A stretch of DNA of 64,000 nucleotides from a virus, in IMG/VR virus record IMGVR_UViG_3300009034_000014, positions 1 to 64,000 of that record, one strand, 5' to 3'. The position numbers and the translations under genes were made by a program. This document shows positions 47,834-56,530 of this stretch, in pieces. The notes beneath the pieces are model-generated. The model ran no database searches and was not told the DNA's origin. It saw nothing but the letters and a program-made list of their open reading frames with translations. Position 1 is the first letter of the stretch. Every line of letters starts with the position of its first letter.

Positions 47834-49021
47834 TCAGATCACGCCGCCCCAGAACCCATCCTCCTCCTTCTTCTCAACTCGTGCGGCTGCGGTGCCGTCT
47901 TCGATACCTGATCCAGCCTTCCGCTCCTTCACCACTTCTTCTAGTTGCTTGGTCACATCGGCGAGCTGCTTGCGCAGCTCCTCGACTTCGGGTTCCAGCT
48001 CCGACTTCTGGGCACCAACGGCCTGGACCCCTTGGGCTGCGGGCTCTGCCGCACCCGTGAGCGCCTTCAGCGCATCACCGAGCGCCTTTCTGGTATCCTC
48101 GTCTCCGACTTCGCCCAGCAGCTTGATCATCTGCAGAGCCGTGTCCTTGATCGCGCCGATTCTTGAAGCGGTGAACTTCTTCCCCTTGCTCACGGCCTGG
48201 CCCTTGACGATCACGCTCCCATCATCCATGACTTGTACCGCGGGGATCTCCGCATCCGCGCCCGGATCAGCCACATCGTCAGACTTCTTGGCAGGCGCTG
48301 GATACCCGCCAGCGCCACCGGCAGCGCCCGGCTTCGGGTACGGATATTGACCGCCCACGACTTTGTTCAGGAAGGACACGACGCGCTTGATCGCCGACGC
48401 GAGATCTGCGGGCACGGCCTTCGCGACCTCGTCCTTTTCCGCTTCCGGGATCGGAAGCTTGCCGTTGGCGGCCTTGGCCATGAACTCCGCGACGCTCTTG
48501 ATCGCCTTCTCCAACTCCTCGGTCAGCGCCTTCTTCGCCTCCTCTTCCGTCGGGATGTCCTCGGCCTTGCCAACCGGCTTCGGGTACGGGTATTTTCCTC
48601 CGACCACCTTGCCCAGGAAAGTCAGAACCCGCGCGATGGCCGGACCGGGCGCGCCCTTCATGCGCGAAAGGCGCTTCATCCACGCCGATACATCGCGGAT
48701 CGCCTTGGCCAGATCGGCTGGTAGCGCTTTTGTGATCTCCTCGTTGTCCGACTCCCAGAACGATCCTGGATCGCCCTCGGTTTCGGGCAGTGCCTTTTCG
48801 ACTTCGGCGATGCCCTCGAAGATAGGCTTGAAGTCTCCGCCATCCTCGTTCTTCAGCAGTGCGTCCACTTCCGCTTGAAATGCGCCCATTTCTTCCTCCT
48901 TGAGTCGTTTGATGATCAGAAATTTACGGAGGTTCGCTGCGCGATCTACCAGCGATACCTCCCGAACGTCTACGTCGAGAATCCTGCGTGGGTTGTCCTT
49001 ATCGTTTTCCGTCTCGCCCAT
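47834..49021 (-). CDS. Scaffold protein carrying the EVSLVDRAAN protease segment
   Basis: N-terminal DVREVSLVDRAAN; internal repeats ending YPYPKP; coiled coil; C-terminal FWGGVI. Confidence 0.75.
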   Translation of the reverse strand: MGETENDKDNPRRILDVDVREVSLVDRAANLRKFLIIKRLKEEEMGAFQAEVDALLKNEDGGDFKPIFEGIAEVEKALPETEGDPGSFWESDNEEITKALPADLAKAIRDVSAWMKRLSRMKGAPGPAIARVLTFLGKVVGGKYPYPKPVGKAEDIPTEEEAKKALTEELEKAIKSVAEFMAKAANGKLPIPEAEKDEVAKAVPADLASAIKRVVSFLNKVVGGQYPYPKPGAAGGAGGYPAPAKKSDDVADPGADAEIPAVQVMDDGSVIVKGQAVSKGKKFTASRIGAIKDTALQMIKLLGEVGDEDTRKALGDALKALTGAAEPAAQGVQAVGAQKSELEPEVEELRKQLADVTKQLEEVVKERKAGSGIEDGTAAARVEKKEEDGFWGGVI

Positions 49022-49045
49022 CCGACTAACTCCCCTTTGGAACGC

Positions 49046-49076
49046 AAAAACCCCGGACGGCTTATGCCATCCGGGG
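49046..49076 (-). terminator. Intrinsic terminator between polyprotein B and the scaffold gene
   Basis: CCCCGGAUGGC-AUAA-GCCGUCCGGGG-UUUUU. Confidence 0.7.
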
Positions 49077-49112
49077 TCCGGTTTTCTCCGATACCTCGTT
49101 TTTTTGAGTCGT

Positions 49113-49343
49113 CTACTTGTTGCCTAACTCGCTCCCCAGCTCTTCTAGCCGCGTCCAACCGCGACTCTCGTTGACGTAGACGACTTTGCCTGCTTCAAAT
49201 TTCAAAGTAACCTGACCGAAAAAACCACGCTGCTTCAGGCTCTCAAAGTACAAACCTAGAAGATTGCATTGGGTCTTTCCGTTCTCATGCCTCAATTGTG
49301 ACAAACTGTTGTTCTTGCTGTCAAGAGATTTATTTTTGTTCAT
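49113..49343 (-). CDS. Small DUF2292/YezD-like protein (start uncertain)
   Basis: FFGQVTLKFEAGKVVYV motif. Confidence 0.55.
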   Translation of the reverse strand: MNKNKSLDSKNNSLSQLRHENGKTQCNLLGLYFESLKQRGFFGQVTLKFEAGKVVYVNESRGWTRLEELGSELGNK

Positions 49344-52300
49344 ATTACGGTTGCCACTCCCTGAATAGAAAATCCGGTGATTTCCCCCTTCTTCACCTTC
49401 TTCCATAGCGTGTCGTCGTTAATCTTGTTCGACATGAGCCACGTACCCTTTGTCACCTTCTGATCGCCGAGTTTGAAACTCGTTTTTGCTATCCAGGACT
49501 CGACCAACTCCACGCCTATCTCTCCGAACATCGTGTGCAGCACCCCGAGCTGAGTCTCGCGGTTGTAGCTCGCCAGAAACTTGTGTGCTGCGCGCTCGAT
49601 GGCCTCAGCATCGATTGTATCGCCCTGCGCGTCCACCTCGTCCGGTTCTAGGACTATGCCGGTGACGATTCGCTTTTCCTTGTCCACCTTCGCGATCACG
49701 GTCTCGTTGACGAACGCCGCTTTGAATACCTCTGCCATTTCTCCAGCCTCCTTCTTCACCTCCGGACCCGGGACAGAAGGCTGCCACAACCAGTCGCCGT
49801 CCGAGCGCTTAGCCTCGTACAAGCCTTTCAGTAGCTCGCCCTTGATCTGCACCTTCAGAAACTTGTCGCTGTAGGACAGGACCGAGGCTTTTCCGGAATC
49901 CAGGATCTCGATGTTTGAAGGCGTGGCCTTCGTCGGGTTCAGATAGTGACTCGGCTTGATCTCGCCCTCGAATTTCATGCTCTCCTTGTGCGGATCGTCC
50001 TTCACGTCCGCCGCGAGCCGCTTGTTGTCCAGCGGGTTCAAGTACATCTCGACGACGATCAGTTCCGGTCGACCAACATCCAGCCGTAGGTGCCAGAGCG
50101 TTCGGGACGGACCGACGCGGATCTGGATCGGACCTCGCCAGGTCTGCTCTTGAAGCACGAATCGTGCGTCGAGCATGCTGGCCTTCGTGGTTCGCCGCTT
50201 GTACGGCGCGGTGTAGTCGATCTCCACGTCTTTCGCCTTGATCGCCAGTTGCAGCGCGTCACGAGTCTGCTTGGCCTTGGCAGCTGTCTTGCTTTTCCAG
50301 TAGCGGTACTCGACCGGCACCTGCTTGCGGATAGCCTTTGGCAGCGCTGAGATTCCCACCGGAGGCATCCAACCTTTTTTTACGGCGTCGCGGTCGAGCA
50401 CATAGGGAGTCTGATCGTCTGGACGGATACACAGCCAAACAGGTCCAGGCAACTCAGACTCCTCTGAAGGTGGGAGTACCGCTTTACTCAGCACCTCGCC
50501 TTTCAGGTTTTCAGGTAGATCCTCATCGTCTGGAGTGCCGTCTTTCTTCAACCGAAGCTGGCGGAAGAAGATCCGGTAGTTGAGCGCCTTGCCGACCATT
50601 GCATACTCGTGGAGCCAAACTTTTTGAGCCAAGTATTCAGCCTCGCCCTGGTCCACGATCTGGAACACGCCAGGGAACTCTCGCGTCCCTCCCACGGGTG
50701 GCGGCTTGCCCTCCTCAGGCATCTTAGTGGCACCTTCGACATTGAGCCAATCGTACGGCTCCGCTGCCTTCCGAACCGAGTTGATTGAAGTGCGAACTGG
50801 CTCTTTCACACCGCGCTTGCGCCTCTTCGCCCACTCTCCGGTGTTCCAGTTGATCTTGGAAATCTCATCCATGCGCGTTCGGCTCAGCGCCCGAGCCTGC
50901 GATAGCTTGGTGACGGGTTCTTTGATCTCTCCCTTGATGCCGGTGAGCAACGTCCAGCCGATTAGCAGACGCTTCGGTCGCAGTACAATGCGGAGATCCG
51001 AATGCATAGATTTTCCGCGAAAATGATGCTGCACAGAATAGGCATAAGGCGCCTTGTCTTCGTCCGGGATCTCCATGTACGGATCGGCTTGTTTCTCTAC
51101 CGCGCGGGTTGGGAGGTATTCGATGTTCCCTTCTTCGTCGATCTCCTTGACTTGGAGCACGAGGTTGCGCTTCGCGCGTGCCGCAGCCGAATCAACGGTA
51201 TCAGTCTTGTCAGTCCACGGCCCGATCACACGCGGCACCCAGACGGACATGCGCTCGCCCTCTGGCTTGCGCTCGATGTTGATCGTCTCTCCCTCGATCA
51301 GGATGGGATCGCCTTCCGCGAAGTCAAGCTTAGTCGCGAAAGTGTCGCCTACCGGAGTGACTGTCTTCCCCTTCACCTGAACGGTCTTGATCGGCTTCGC
51401 CTTCCCGGGTAGCACGCCATATTGGTAGACCCAGACTCCGCCCTTAGTCTTCTCCCGTCCGAGAACGATCCCGCGCACTATGCTGGAGTTGTGAAATTTG
51501 GTCCAGAGATCGAGCGTCACGACCTTGAGCGGGTATGGGCTGTCCGCCTGCTTCGCGACCACGCCTTCCGACCCTGGCAGCTCGCGGATCTTGCGGACGG
51601 CGCGTTCCAGTTCTTCCAGATCATGGGCCTTGGTTCCTGGTACAGCATTCAGCCTGTGTTTCAGATCCGGAGCACCCATGGTGCTCTGCTCGACTCCCAG
51701 CTTCCCAAGAAGCTCCAGTCTGCGGAACACCGGCCACTTGTGAACGTCGCCGTCCTCGCCGTGGTAGAGCACGTCGAACACGTTGGTCACGACGTTTGAG
51801 TCGTCTGGCTCGTCCTTTGCATGCAGGTAGCCAGCTATCGCCTCGCGCGGGAGGTGCTGGCGTCCCTTCCACAATTCGATCTCACAGTCGAAGACCAACT
51901 TGTCGACCTTGAGTTTTCGGATCTCCTCGACCGTCTGCGGAAGCCTCGCCGTGTTGTCCTCGCCGTCTTCAGAGAAGATCTTGACCGTGTCGCCGTCCTT
52001 GTGGACCTGGTGGCGGGCACCGTCAAATTTTTTCTGGACATGGGTCGGGAGCCATTCATCGGCTCGTTCGCGGTAGAGCGAAAGAAAGCGCTCAATGGTC
52101 TGAAGTTCCTCCGGGAATGCTGGCCGCGTCGGCTTCGGCTGATAGAAGAACTCGCCAAGGGTGAGTTTGTCGTTCTTCTCGGCGCGCTCGGCCTGCACTA
52201 GGAACTTCCCAGTGGGGTCGCGTGACACAAGGGCGACGGACTTCTTCACCGACCGCAGGCTGCTCAGGAAGGCCTTCGCGACGGCTGACGCGAGCGGCAC

Positions 52301-53212
52301 CGGCACGCAGTCGCCGAGCAGCCCCCGGACCCCCGTCCATGTGCTCACGGCGAACTTGTATGAGTCAGGGATGCCCTGGATGCGGGCCGTCTCGCGGAGC
52401 GTGAGCCAGCGCTTCCCACCCCAGTGAATGAACGCGCCCTGCGCGATCAAGGTCGGCGCCGGCTTGTCCGGGCTCCGGATCAGGACGTCGCCCTGATGAA
52501 TGGATGACAGGCGCCCAGCCCGGAGTTCCGCCTCTGGGCTTTTGCCCTCTCGTAGGATCTGGACGAAGAGCTTCAGCCTGTCTGACAGCGGAGGAGGTGC
52601 AGAGTGAAGTCCCTCGCCTCCGGGCGGACCGAGCCCGCTGAGCACGTCACGGACGGAGCGCGGCCGGGAGCGAGGCACCCCGTCCTGCTCTGGTAGCTGA
52701 CCGCCCTTGACCCCAACGAAGAACGCGCGCTGCCTGATCGTCGCGGCACCATGTTCGCTTGCCCTCAGGACCCAGACGGCGGTCTTGTAGCCCAGCCTCT
52801 CAGCGCGCGCCCTAGCCCGCTTCCAGCGCTCTGACTTCACCGCGCCCGGCACGTTCTCAAACACGAAGCCCCGCGCGCCGAGGGCGACCACGAGGTTGAT
52901 CGCATAGTTGATAAGACCCCTCCTAGAGTCGTTCTCCTTCGGGCTGAAGCGGTTGATCGCTGAGAACGGCTCACAGGGCACGCCGCCGACTACGATGTCC
53001 ACGCGCCCGATCGCCTTGCCGATCTCGGGGATGCTGAACTTGCGGCAGTCCCCGAGAAGCACTGCGGCGTCGGGGCGGTTCATTGCGAAAGTGCCCGCGG
53101 CTGGCCTCTCCGATTCAACGCCGAGAACGGAGACGCAGCCCTCCTTCTCGAAGCCGATGGAGAGCGCCCCCATCCCGCAAAAAACGTCCAGCATCCTCAG
53201 TTTTTCTGGCAT
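49340..53212 (-). CDS. Polyprotein B: C5 cytosine MTase + ATP-dependent DNA ligase + two LigD-type 3'-phosphoesterase-like domains + XkdF-like prohead protease
   Basis: FCGMG/GVPC/ENV/RxR; KKFDG, FDCE, FDVL, EGVVAK; QHHFRGKSMHSDLR; VLEPDEVDAQGD...H...GTW...GFSIQG. Confidence 0.88.
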   Translation of the reverse strand: MPEKLRMLDVFCGMGALSIGFEKEGCVSVLGVESERPAAGTFAMNRPDAAVLLGDCRKFSIPEIGKAIGRVDIVVGGVPCEPFSAINRFSPKENDSRRGLINYAINLVVALGARGFVFENVPGAVKSERWKRARARAERLGYKTAVWVLRASEHGAATIRQRAFFVGVKGGQLPEQDGVPRSRPRSVRDVLSGLGPPGGEGLHSAPPPLSDRLKLFVQILREGKSPEAELRAGRLSSIHQGDVLIRSPDKPAPTLIAQGAFIHWGGKRWLTLRETARIQGIPDSYKFAVSTWTGVRGLLGDCVPVPLASAVAKAFLSSLRSVKKSVALVSRDPTGKFLVQAERAEKNDKLTLGEFFYQPKPTRPAFPEELQTIERFLSLYRERADEWLPTHVQKKFDGARHQVHKDGDTVKIFSEDGEDNTARLPQTVEEIRKLKVDKLVFDCEIELWKGRQHLPREAIAGYLHAKDEPDDSNVVTNVFDVLYHGEDGDVHKWPVFRRLELLGKLGVEQSTMGAPDLKHRLNAVPGTKAHDLEELERAVRKIRELPGSEGVVAKQADSPYPLKVVTLDLWTKFHNSSIVRGIVLGREKTKGGVWVYQYGVLPGKAKPIKTVQVKGKTVTPVGDTFATKLDFAEGDPILIEGETINIERKPEGERMSVWVPRVIGPWTDKTDTVDSAAARAKRNLVLQVKEIDEEGNIEYLPTRAVEKQADPYMEIPDEDKAPYAYSVQHHFRGKSMHSDLRIVLRPKRLLIGWTLLTGIKGEIKEPVTKLSQARALSRTRMDEISKINWNTGEWAKRRKRGVKEPVRTSINSVRKAAEPYDWLNVEGATKMPEEGKPPPVGGTREFPGVFQIVDQGEAEYLAQKVWLHEYAMVGKALNYRIFFRQLRLKKDGTPDDEDLPENLKGEVLSKAVLPPSEESELPGPVWLCIRPDDQTPYVLDRDAVKKGWMPPVGISALPKAIRKQVPVEYRYWKSKTAAKAKQTRDALQLAIKAKDVEIDYTAPYKRRTTKASMLDARFVLQEQTWRGPIQIRVGPSRTLWHLRLDVGRPELIVVEMYLNPLDNKRLAADVKDDPHKESMKFEGEIKPSHYLNPTKATPSNIEILDSGKASVLSYSDKFLKVQIKGELLKGLYEAKRSDGDWLWQPSVPGPEVKKEAGEMAEVFKAAFVNETVIAKVDKEKRIVTGIVLEPDEVDAQGDTIDAEAIERAAHKFLASYNRETQLGVLHTMFGEIGVELVESWIAKTSFKLGDQKVTKGTWLMSNKINDDTLWKKVKKGEITGFSIQGVATVI

Positions 53213-53223
53213 GACAAAAGTCC

Positions 53224-53253
53224 TTGACGCCGCGTCTCATGACGCGATAGGTT
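53224..53253 (+). promoter_or_regulatory. Putative vsr promoter with palindromic operator in the spacer
   Basis: TTGACG-18-TAGGTT, 6 nt before the ATG; CGCGTC-TCAT-GACGCG inverted repeat; divergent from the MTase start. Confidence 0.5.
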
Positions 53254-53259
53254 GCGATC

Positions 53260-53688
53260 ATGACCCGTGAGGAGAGATCGAAGCACATGGCAAAGATCAG
53301 GGGCGATGACCTCAGGCCCGAGACGGCGGTCGCCACCGCCTTCCAGAGGCTGCGACGTCGACCAGAACGGAACGTGGCCGACCTGCCTGGCCGCCCTGAC
53401 TTCGTGCTCCGCCGGTCGCGCGTCGCGGTGTTCGTGCACGGCTGCTTCTGGCACGGCTGCCGGGCGCACTACCGGGCACCCAAGTCGAACCGGCCCTTCT
53501 GGCGTCGCAAGCTGAACACGAACCGCCGGCGGGACGCGCGCGTCGAGCGCAGCCTCCGCCGCGCGGGATGGTCCGTGCTCACGGTGTGGGAGCACGACAC
53601 TCGGCAGGGCGTGGGTCACCTGGTCAATCTCCTTTCCTACCGACTCCGCGCCGCTTCAGGAAGGCGCGAAGGTCGTCGACGGACGTGA
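53260..53688 (+). CDS. vsr: Very-short-patch repair endonuclease
   Basis: RSKHMAKIR...PE, LPGRPDF, VFVHGCFWHGC, FW..KL..N..RD, GWSVLTVWEH; adjacent to a C5 MTase. Confidence 0.93.
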   Translation: MTREERSKHMAKIRGDDLRPETAVATAFQRLRRRPERNVADLPGRPDFVLRRSRVAVFVHGCFWHGCRAHYRAPKSNRPFWRRKLNTNRRRDARVERSLRRAGWSVLTVWEHDTRQGVGHLVNLLSYRLRAASGRREGRRRT

Positions 53689-56530
53689 CCACGTTCGGCG
53701 GCAAATCTGCCGCCGCCATCTCCTTCACCTCGTTCTGAGGGTTCACCCGCTCGAAGGTCAGATCGTAGAGCGGCACGTTGTTGGTGAATGGCCCGTGGAA
53801 ATTGTCGAAGTGGATTTCCAACCGCTCTGACAACTCAGGCGGAAGCGCTCGCCCGAGACGGAAGTGCACCACATGCTTGAAGTCCTCTGGCAGTTCCTCG
53901 GTGTCCTTCACAAGGATATCGATGTCCCCTTCCGTAGCGCCGCGGTTCGCGAGTCCGCCTACCAGATAGACGTATGGCTGGCGCAACTTGAACGTCTTGA
54001 AATACGGGAGCACATCGTCCAGCTTGATCTCCGGACCGCGCTTCACTCCAGACGAGTGTATGAAAGCGTAGTCTCGCTTGCTCACCTTCTCCCACGGTGG
54101 GACGTCGTAATCCGGTTGCTTCTCCTCGTGGCGCTCGAAATCCTCTGACACGTCGTCCAGTCCGTCGCCAGGCGGAGGCGGGTGCAGCACCTTTCGCTCG
54201 AACAGCTCGTCTGTGATCAGTGCGTGCAGATTGGAAACGTCCTCTACGCTGAATCCAGCCCGGCGTCGGTCCTCGGCGGGTCCGCGCCAGAGCTTGTGCA
54301 GCCTCCAGTGGGCCTCGGTAAGGTCCGCCGTGGTCATCTCTCCAGCGTCTAGGTCTGGTGCGAGTTCCACGCGCTTGAGCATGACTTCCGGGAGCTTCAC
54401 TTCACGGGCAACGCGTTCCCAGAATTCGCGCACGCTCGGCTTCATGCCCTTGGGGTTGAAGCGAACAACCTCCGGGCCACGGCGAACGGCTTCCTTCAGG
54501 ATCTTGCGCAGCAGCAGTTCAATGGTCTCAAGGTCGTACTTGAAGCCCTTGGGATCTTTCTTCCAGTTGGCGTAGTACGCGAGAGTCAGCCGGTGGTCAT
54601 CGCGGAGCACGGCGTCGGAAACCTTGCTCGCATCGTAGGTCTTCGGGTCGCGGATCTTCTTGGCTTCCTGGACCGTGTAGTTCTGGTAAAGAATCTGCGT
54701 ACTCTCAAGGCCACCAAAGCCCGGCGTAGTGCGGGTAAGTTTGCGCTTAGTCCATCCCGAGCCGAGATCTAGATTGCCTTGGTACGAAAGCAGAACCCGG
54801 CCCTTTAGTTTCTTCACAGCATCAAGGAACTTATCCGCATCAAAATTTTTCCAGTGATCCGTTTTGCTTTCTGCCTTCCATGGCGGATCGAGGTAGAAGA
54901 AAGTTGCCGTCGAATCCAATTTTTTGATTAGTTTTAGCGCATCGCCCTCAACAATTTTCGTATTGCTCAGCCGCTCTCGGAATTTCTCAAGATTGTCGAG
55001 AAACCGCTTGCCGGTTACCGTCTGAGCGCCTGAGAATTCAGTCGCCCGGCCGCGTTGGCTGTGCAGATTAAGATACTTATGGCGAAAGGCACGGGCTCTG
55101 AGAGAGTTTGGCTTCAATTCCAACAAGCGCGCAAATCGTTCAGGACTCCCCCTCCATTCCTGTTGCCGGATCCATTTAAAATCGGCATCGCTACCAGTTT
55201 TCAGGAAACGGTACACAGCAATGATCTCAGGATCGATATCGCAGAGAACTTCCTGCTCCGAGGGCTCTTTTGCCCAAAACAAGGTCGCTCCACCTGCATA
55301 CGGCTCTACATAGACCTTATGCTTCGGTACACGCTTCAATAGGTCATCTGCCCAAGGATCCTTGCCACCAGGGGATCTAAATGGTTTCGCCACCCGCTTC
55401 TCGGTGCCGCGCAGGCCAAGCTCATTGATATCCGAGTGTACGAGTTCGATCTTCTCGATCTTGAACGCGGCATCGAGCACCGGTAACTTATCGATCCTGG
55501 CTCCGACAGGTAAGTAGGCGAGTGTGGCGTGCGGGACGAAGCCGTGTGTCTGGTCCTCGATTTCCGTGAACCCGGCCTTGCTCAGCACCGCCTTGATCTC
55601 GGTGTGCAGTTCTGCGAGCCCAGGTGCGTCTACCAGCGCGACCAGAGCAGTCGCAGCCTCTCCATCCTTGCTTGCGCCGTCGAAGAAGCCCCACCCCTGG
55701 AACTTCGCGTCGATAGGCTTTGCCTTGTCGAGCACCTTCTGCACAGCACTTAGCGCGTCTTCCTTGTCGCTCTCCGAGTACTCGCCTTTGCTCGGCACGT
55801 ATAAAACGGTGATGTGGTCCGCGTCGTCGGCCTCGGCGAAGTCTACGCCCTTCAGTAGCTCGCCGGATAGCTCCATCAACTTCTTCCTGATCTCATCTGG
55901 AAGCCTAGCGCAGAAAAACAGGTGCGTCGGGTCGGTGTGGATCTGTTTCTCTACCGATTTCAGCTCCACATCCCGGGCCAACACCTGCGGACCGGGACCG
56001 ATGTTGGTCTCAGCCGGCGCATCGAACTTGCTTTCCATTTTAACGGGCCAGGCGTAGAACGGTCCTTTCTTCCAGCCCTTCTGCGCCTTGGCCCACTCCG
56101 AACGCAGATCCTCGGAAATGAGATGTTGATCGATTGTGCGCTTCAGCTCGTCCAGATCCACATCCCGCAGCTTGCCAAGAGTCACGACGCCCAATGCCTT
56201 GCGCTCACTGATCAACAAGTAGCGCTTGCCCGCGATCTCAAATGGCCGCGTCTTCACGATCAGGGTCTTGCGGCCATCCAGCACGGCCTCGGCCATCCAC
56301 GCCGGCGACACGATCAACCCGTCGGTCGGTAGCTCCGCCTCGCCGCTGTAGTCCTCGATGCGCGGCAGTCTTGGTTCCTTCTCGTCAAGTGGGATCCCGC
56401 TCTCTCCAAACCCGGCTGGGTAGAGTTTACCACCGTCCTCCAGTTCTGGAAGACCGATTGCTTTTCTGACCGGAGTGCTTTGCTCGCCCTTTGGAACCAT
56501 ACTGCATGGTGGTCTTTTACGTGGCATCAT
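53624..56530 (-). CDS. Polyprotein A: ASCH-like + 2H phosphoesterase + Dam/D12-type adenine MTase + helical domains + Pol-beta-like nucleotidyltransferase
   Basis: AEAVLDGRKT; HITV/HATL; PGGK, EPYAGG, FYLDPPW; YLVGGLA..G...GDIDIL. Start at ATG 56530 after a GGGAG RBS. Confidence 0.85.
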   Translation of the reverse strand: MMPRKRPPCSMVPKGEQSTPVRKAIGLPELEDGGKLYPAGFGESGIPLDEKEPRLPRIEDYSGEAELPTDGLIVSPAWMAEAVLDGRKTLIVKTRPFEIAGKRYLLISERKALGVVTLGKLRDVDLDELKRTIDQHLISEDLRSEWAKAQKGWKKGPFYAWPVKMESKFDAPAETNIGPGPQVLARDVELKSVEKQIHTDPTHLFFCARLPDEIRKKLMELSGELLKGVDFAEADDADHITVLYVPSKGEYSESDKEDALSAVQKVLDKAKPIDAKFQGWGFFDGASKDGEAATALVALVDAPGLAELHTEIKAVLSKAGFTEIEDQTHGFVPHATLAYLPVGARIDKLPVLDAAFKIEKIELVHSDINELGLRGTEKRVAKPFRSPGGKDPWADDLLKRVPKHKVYVEPYAGGATLFWAKEPSEQEVLCDIDPEIIAVYRFLKTGSDADFKWIRQQEWRGSPERFARLLELKPNSLRARAFRHKYLNLHSQRGRATEFSGAQTVTGKRFLDNLEKFRERLSNTKIVEGDALKLIKKLDSTATFFYLDPPWKAESKTDHWKNFDADKFLDAVKKLKGRVLLSYQGNLDLGSGWTKRKLTRTTPGFGGLESTQILYQNYTVQEAKKIRDPKTYDASKVSDAVLRDDHRLTLAYYANWKKDPKGFKYDLETIELLLRKILKEAVRRGPEVVRFNPKGMKPSVREFWERVAREVKLPEVMLKRVELAPDLDAGEMTTADLTEAHWRLHKLWRGPAEDRRRAGFSVEDVSNLHALITDELFERKVLHPPPPGDGLDDVSEDFERHEEKQPDYDVPPWEKVSKRDYAFIHSSGVKRGPEIKLDDVLPYFKTFKLRQPYVYLVGGLANRGATEGDIDILVKDTEELPEDFKHVVHFRLGRALPPELSERLEIHFDNFHGPFTNNVPLYDLTFERVNPQNEVKEMAAADLPPNVVTSVDDLRAFLKRRGVGRKGD

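Noticed and set aside
6222-48878. Long plus-strand ORFs (e.g. 6222..7031, 12394..13335, 15333..16217, 41147..42004, 47036..47758)
   Set aside because: Antisense shadows of well-supported minus-strand genes in GC-rich DNA; no recognisable motifs
49340-56530. Inteins explaining the polyprotein size
   Set aside because: No C/S...HN-C/S/T splice junctions or LAGLIDADG motifs seen; the length is accounted for by enzyme domains
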